Shown: one piece after another, positions 63,090-64,000 of the stretch
How the letters are laid out: every line of letters starts with the position of its first letter
How positions within the stretch are numbered: position 1 is the stretch's first letter
Source of the DNA: Hyaloraphidium curvatum SAG 235-1
Lineage: Eukaryota > Fungi > Monoblepharomycota
Assembly: GCA_025558095.1 (NCBI GenBank)
Contig: JAIVFI010000002.1
Coordinates: 310,001 to 374,000 of the forward strand
DNA: 64,000 nucleotides
Direction: 5' to 3'
Notes under the pieces: model-generated
Seen by the model: only the letters and a program-made list of their open reading frames with translations
What the model was told of the DNA's origin: nothing
Databases searched by the model: none
Program-made: the position numbers and the translations under genes

Positions 63090-64000
63090 TCAGGCATAAC
63101 CTCCCGAAAAGGCTGGCGCCGCCCATGGGTCCGTGCCTTTGATGAATCGCCACAGCTCAAGCAGAGTGTTCTGATCCATGATGTCCATGTCAAGCTCGAT
63201 CTCGTCGGTCTCTCCGATGCCAGGCATGCCACGGCGGATGATTTCGACGACCGTGGCCAGCCGGTCCGAGTTTTCGTTTCCCAGCTGTTCGATGGCCAAC
63301 GACAGCTCCCTCTTCTGCTCGTAAGTGACGGTCAAAACAGCCTTGGGCTTCTTCTGCCGCGGCTTCTTGACGCCCCCGTTCGCGTTCGCCTCCTGGGCAC
63401 GTTGCCGCGCCAAGGTGGTCGCCGTGTGCTGGTAGCGCAGCGTCCCGTCCTCGGCCTCCACAATCCTGCCAGCCTTCCACTTGACGCCGCACGCGTTGCA
63501 CAGAGTCCCCGAACCGTGCGGGCCGCTCCGCCCTGAGCGGCAAAAGCAGGCCAGGAATGTGGTTAGTCAGAGCCATAATGCTCAGAAGGGTGTACCAACA
63601 CGTCGGCGTGACCGTGATCTGGCAAAACTCGCACGTCCTGCCCGTCTTCACCTTTTTCGGCTTCGGTCGGGAGCTTGACGGTGGCGGAGGTGGGAAATCT
63701 TGGGTGGGGAAGGCCGGTGCCGGCTCCGGCGCGAAATGTCCATGATCTTCGGTTCCCGCCTCGGGCGCCCAACCGGCTGCCTCGGGTTGTGTCCAGTCAG
63801 CAGCTTCTGGGGTCCAGCCAGCGGTCTCTGGCGGTGCCCAATCTTCGTGGGCTGGCCCCGGAGCGCTGGCCTCTTCCCTCGCTGCCCGCTTGCTTCCGAC
63901 GGAAGACGGCGCCCTGTCCGACTCTGAATCGTCGCTGCTCGAGTCGCGACGCTTGGACTTTTCCTTCCTCCCCCGCTTCTTGCTCTGCTGCGTGAGGATC
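63090..64000 (-). CDS. GATA zinc finger + ET (BET extra-terminal) domain protein; 5' end outside window
   Basis: Splicing intron 63533-63599 gives [27 protein letters not shown] (CX2CX18CX2C). C-terminal VTYEQKRELSLAIEQL..VVEII..EIELDMD..TLLELWRFI. Confidence 0.88.

Overview
GC-rich eukaryotic DNA, almost certainly fungal. It has two Zn(II)2Cys6 proteins, YIF1, an IRC21-like cytochrome b5 and 50-70 nt GT..CTRAC..YAG introns. An early-diverging/zoosporic fungus is my guess, not proven. Four zones: (1) 2.6-13 kb, ordinary host genes, several with introns (BTB, USP, AT-hook, Zn2Cys6). (2) 13-44 kb, plus a paralogue at 1-2.5 kb, an essentially intronless island of Golgi-type glycan-modifying genes in head-to-head pairs (GT14, GT92-like, GT61-esterase, sulfo-, pyruvyl- and methyltransferases). 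Its core (31.9-37.6 kb) is a clustered sialic-acid/nonulosonate pathway: GT29-like sialyltransferase, NANS-type synthase, CMP-Sia synthetase and SLC35A transporter, a pathway generally considered absent from fungi. (3) 46.4-50.4 kb, a Fanzor1 (eukaryotic TnpB-like RNA-guided nuclease) with a multi-zinc-knuckle N-terminus. A 50-nt intron hides its RuvC-III Asp, and a structured candidate omegaRNA follows. (4) 50.5-64 kb, housekeeping genes, a palindromic 289-bp higher-order tandem repeat, orphan genes and a GATA+ET protein. A 5'-truncated RLE-type non-LTR retrotransposon with a perfect 15-bp TSD lies at 18.6-19.8 kb. All family calls come from motif recognition by eye; no searches were run.
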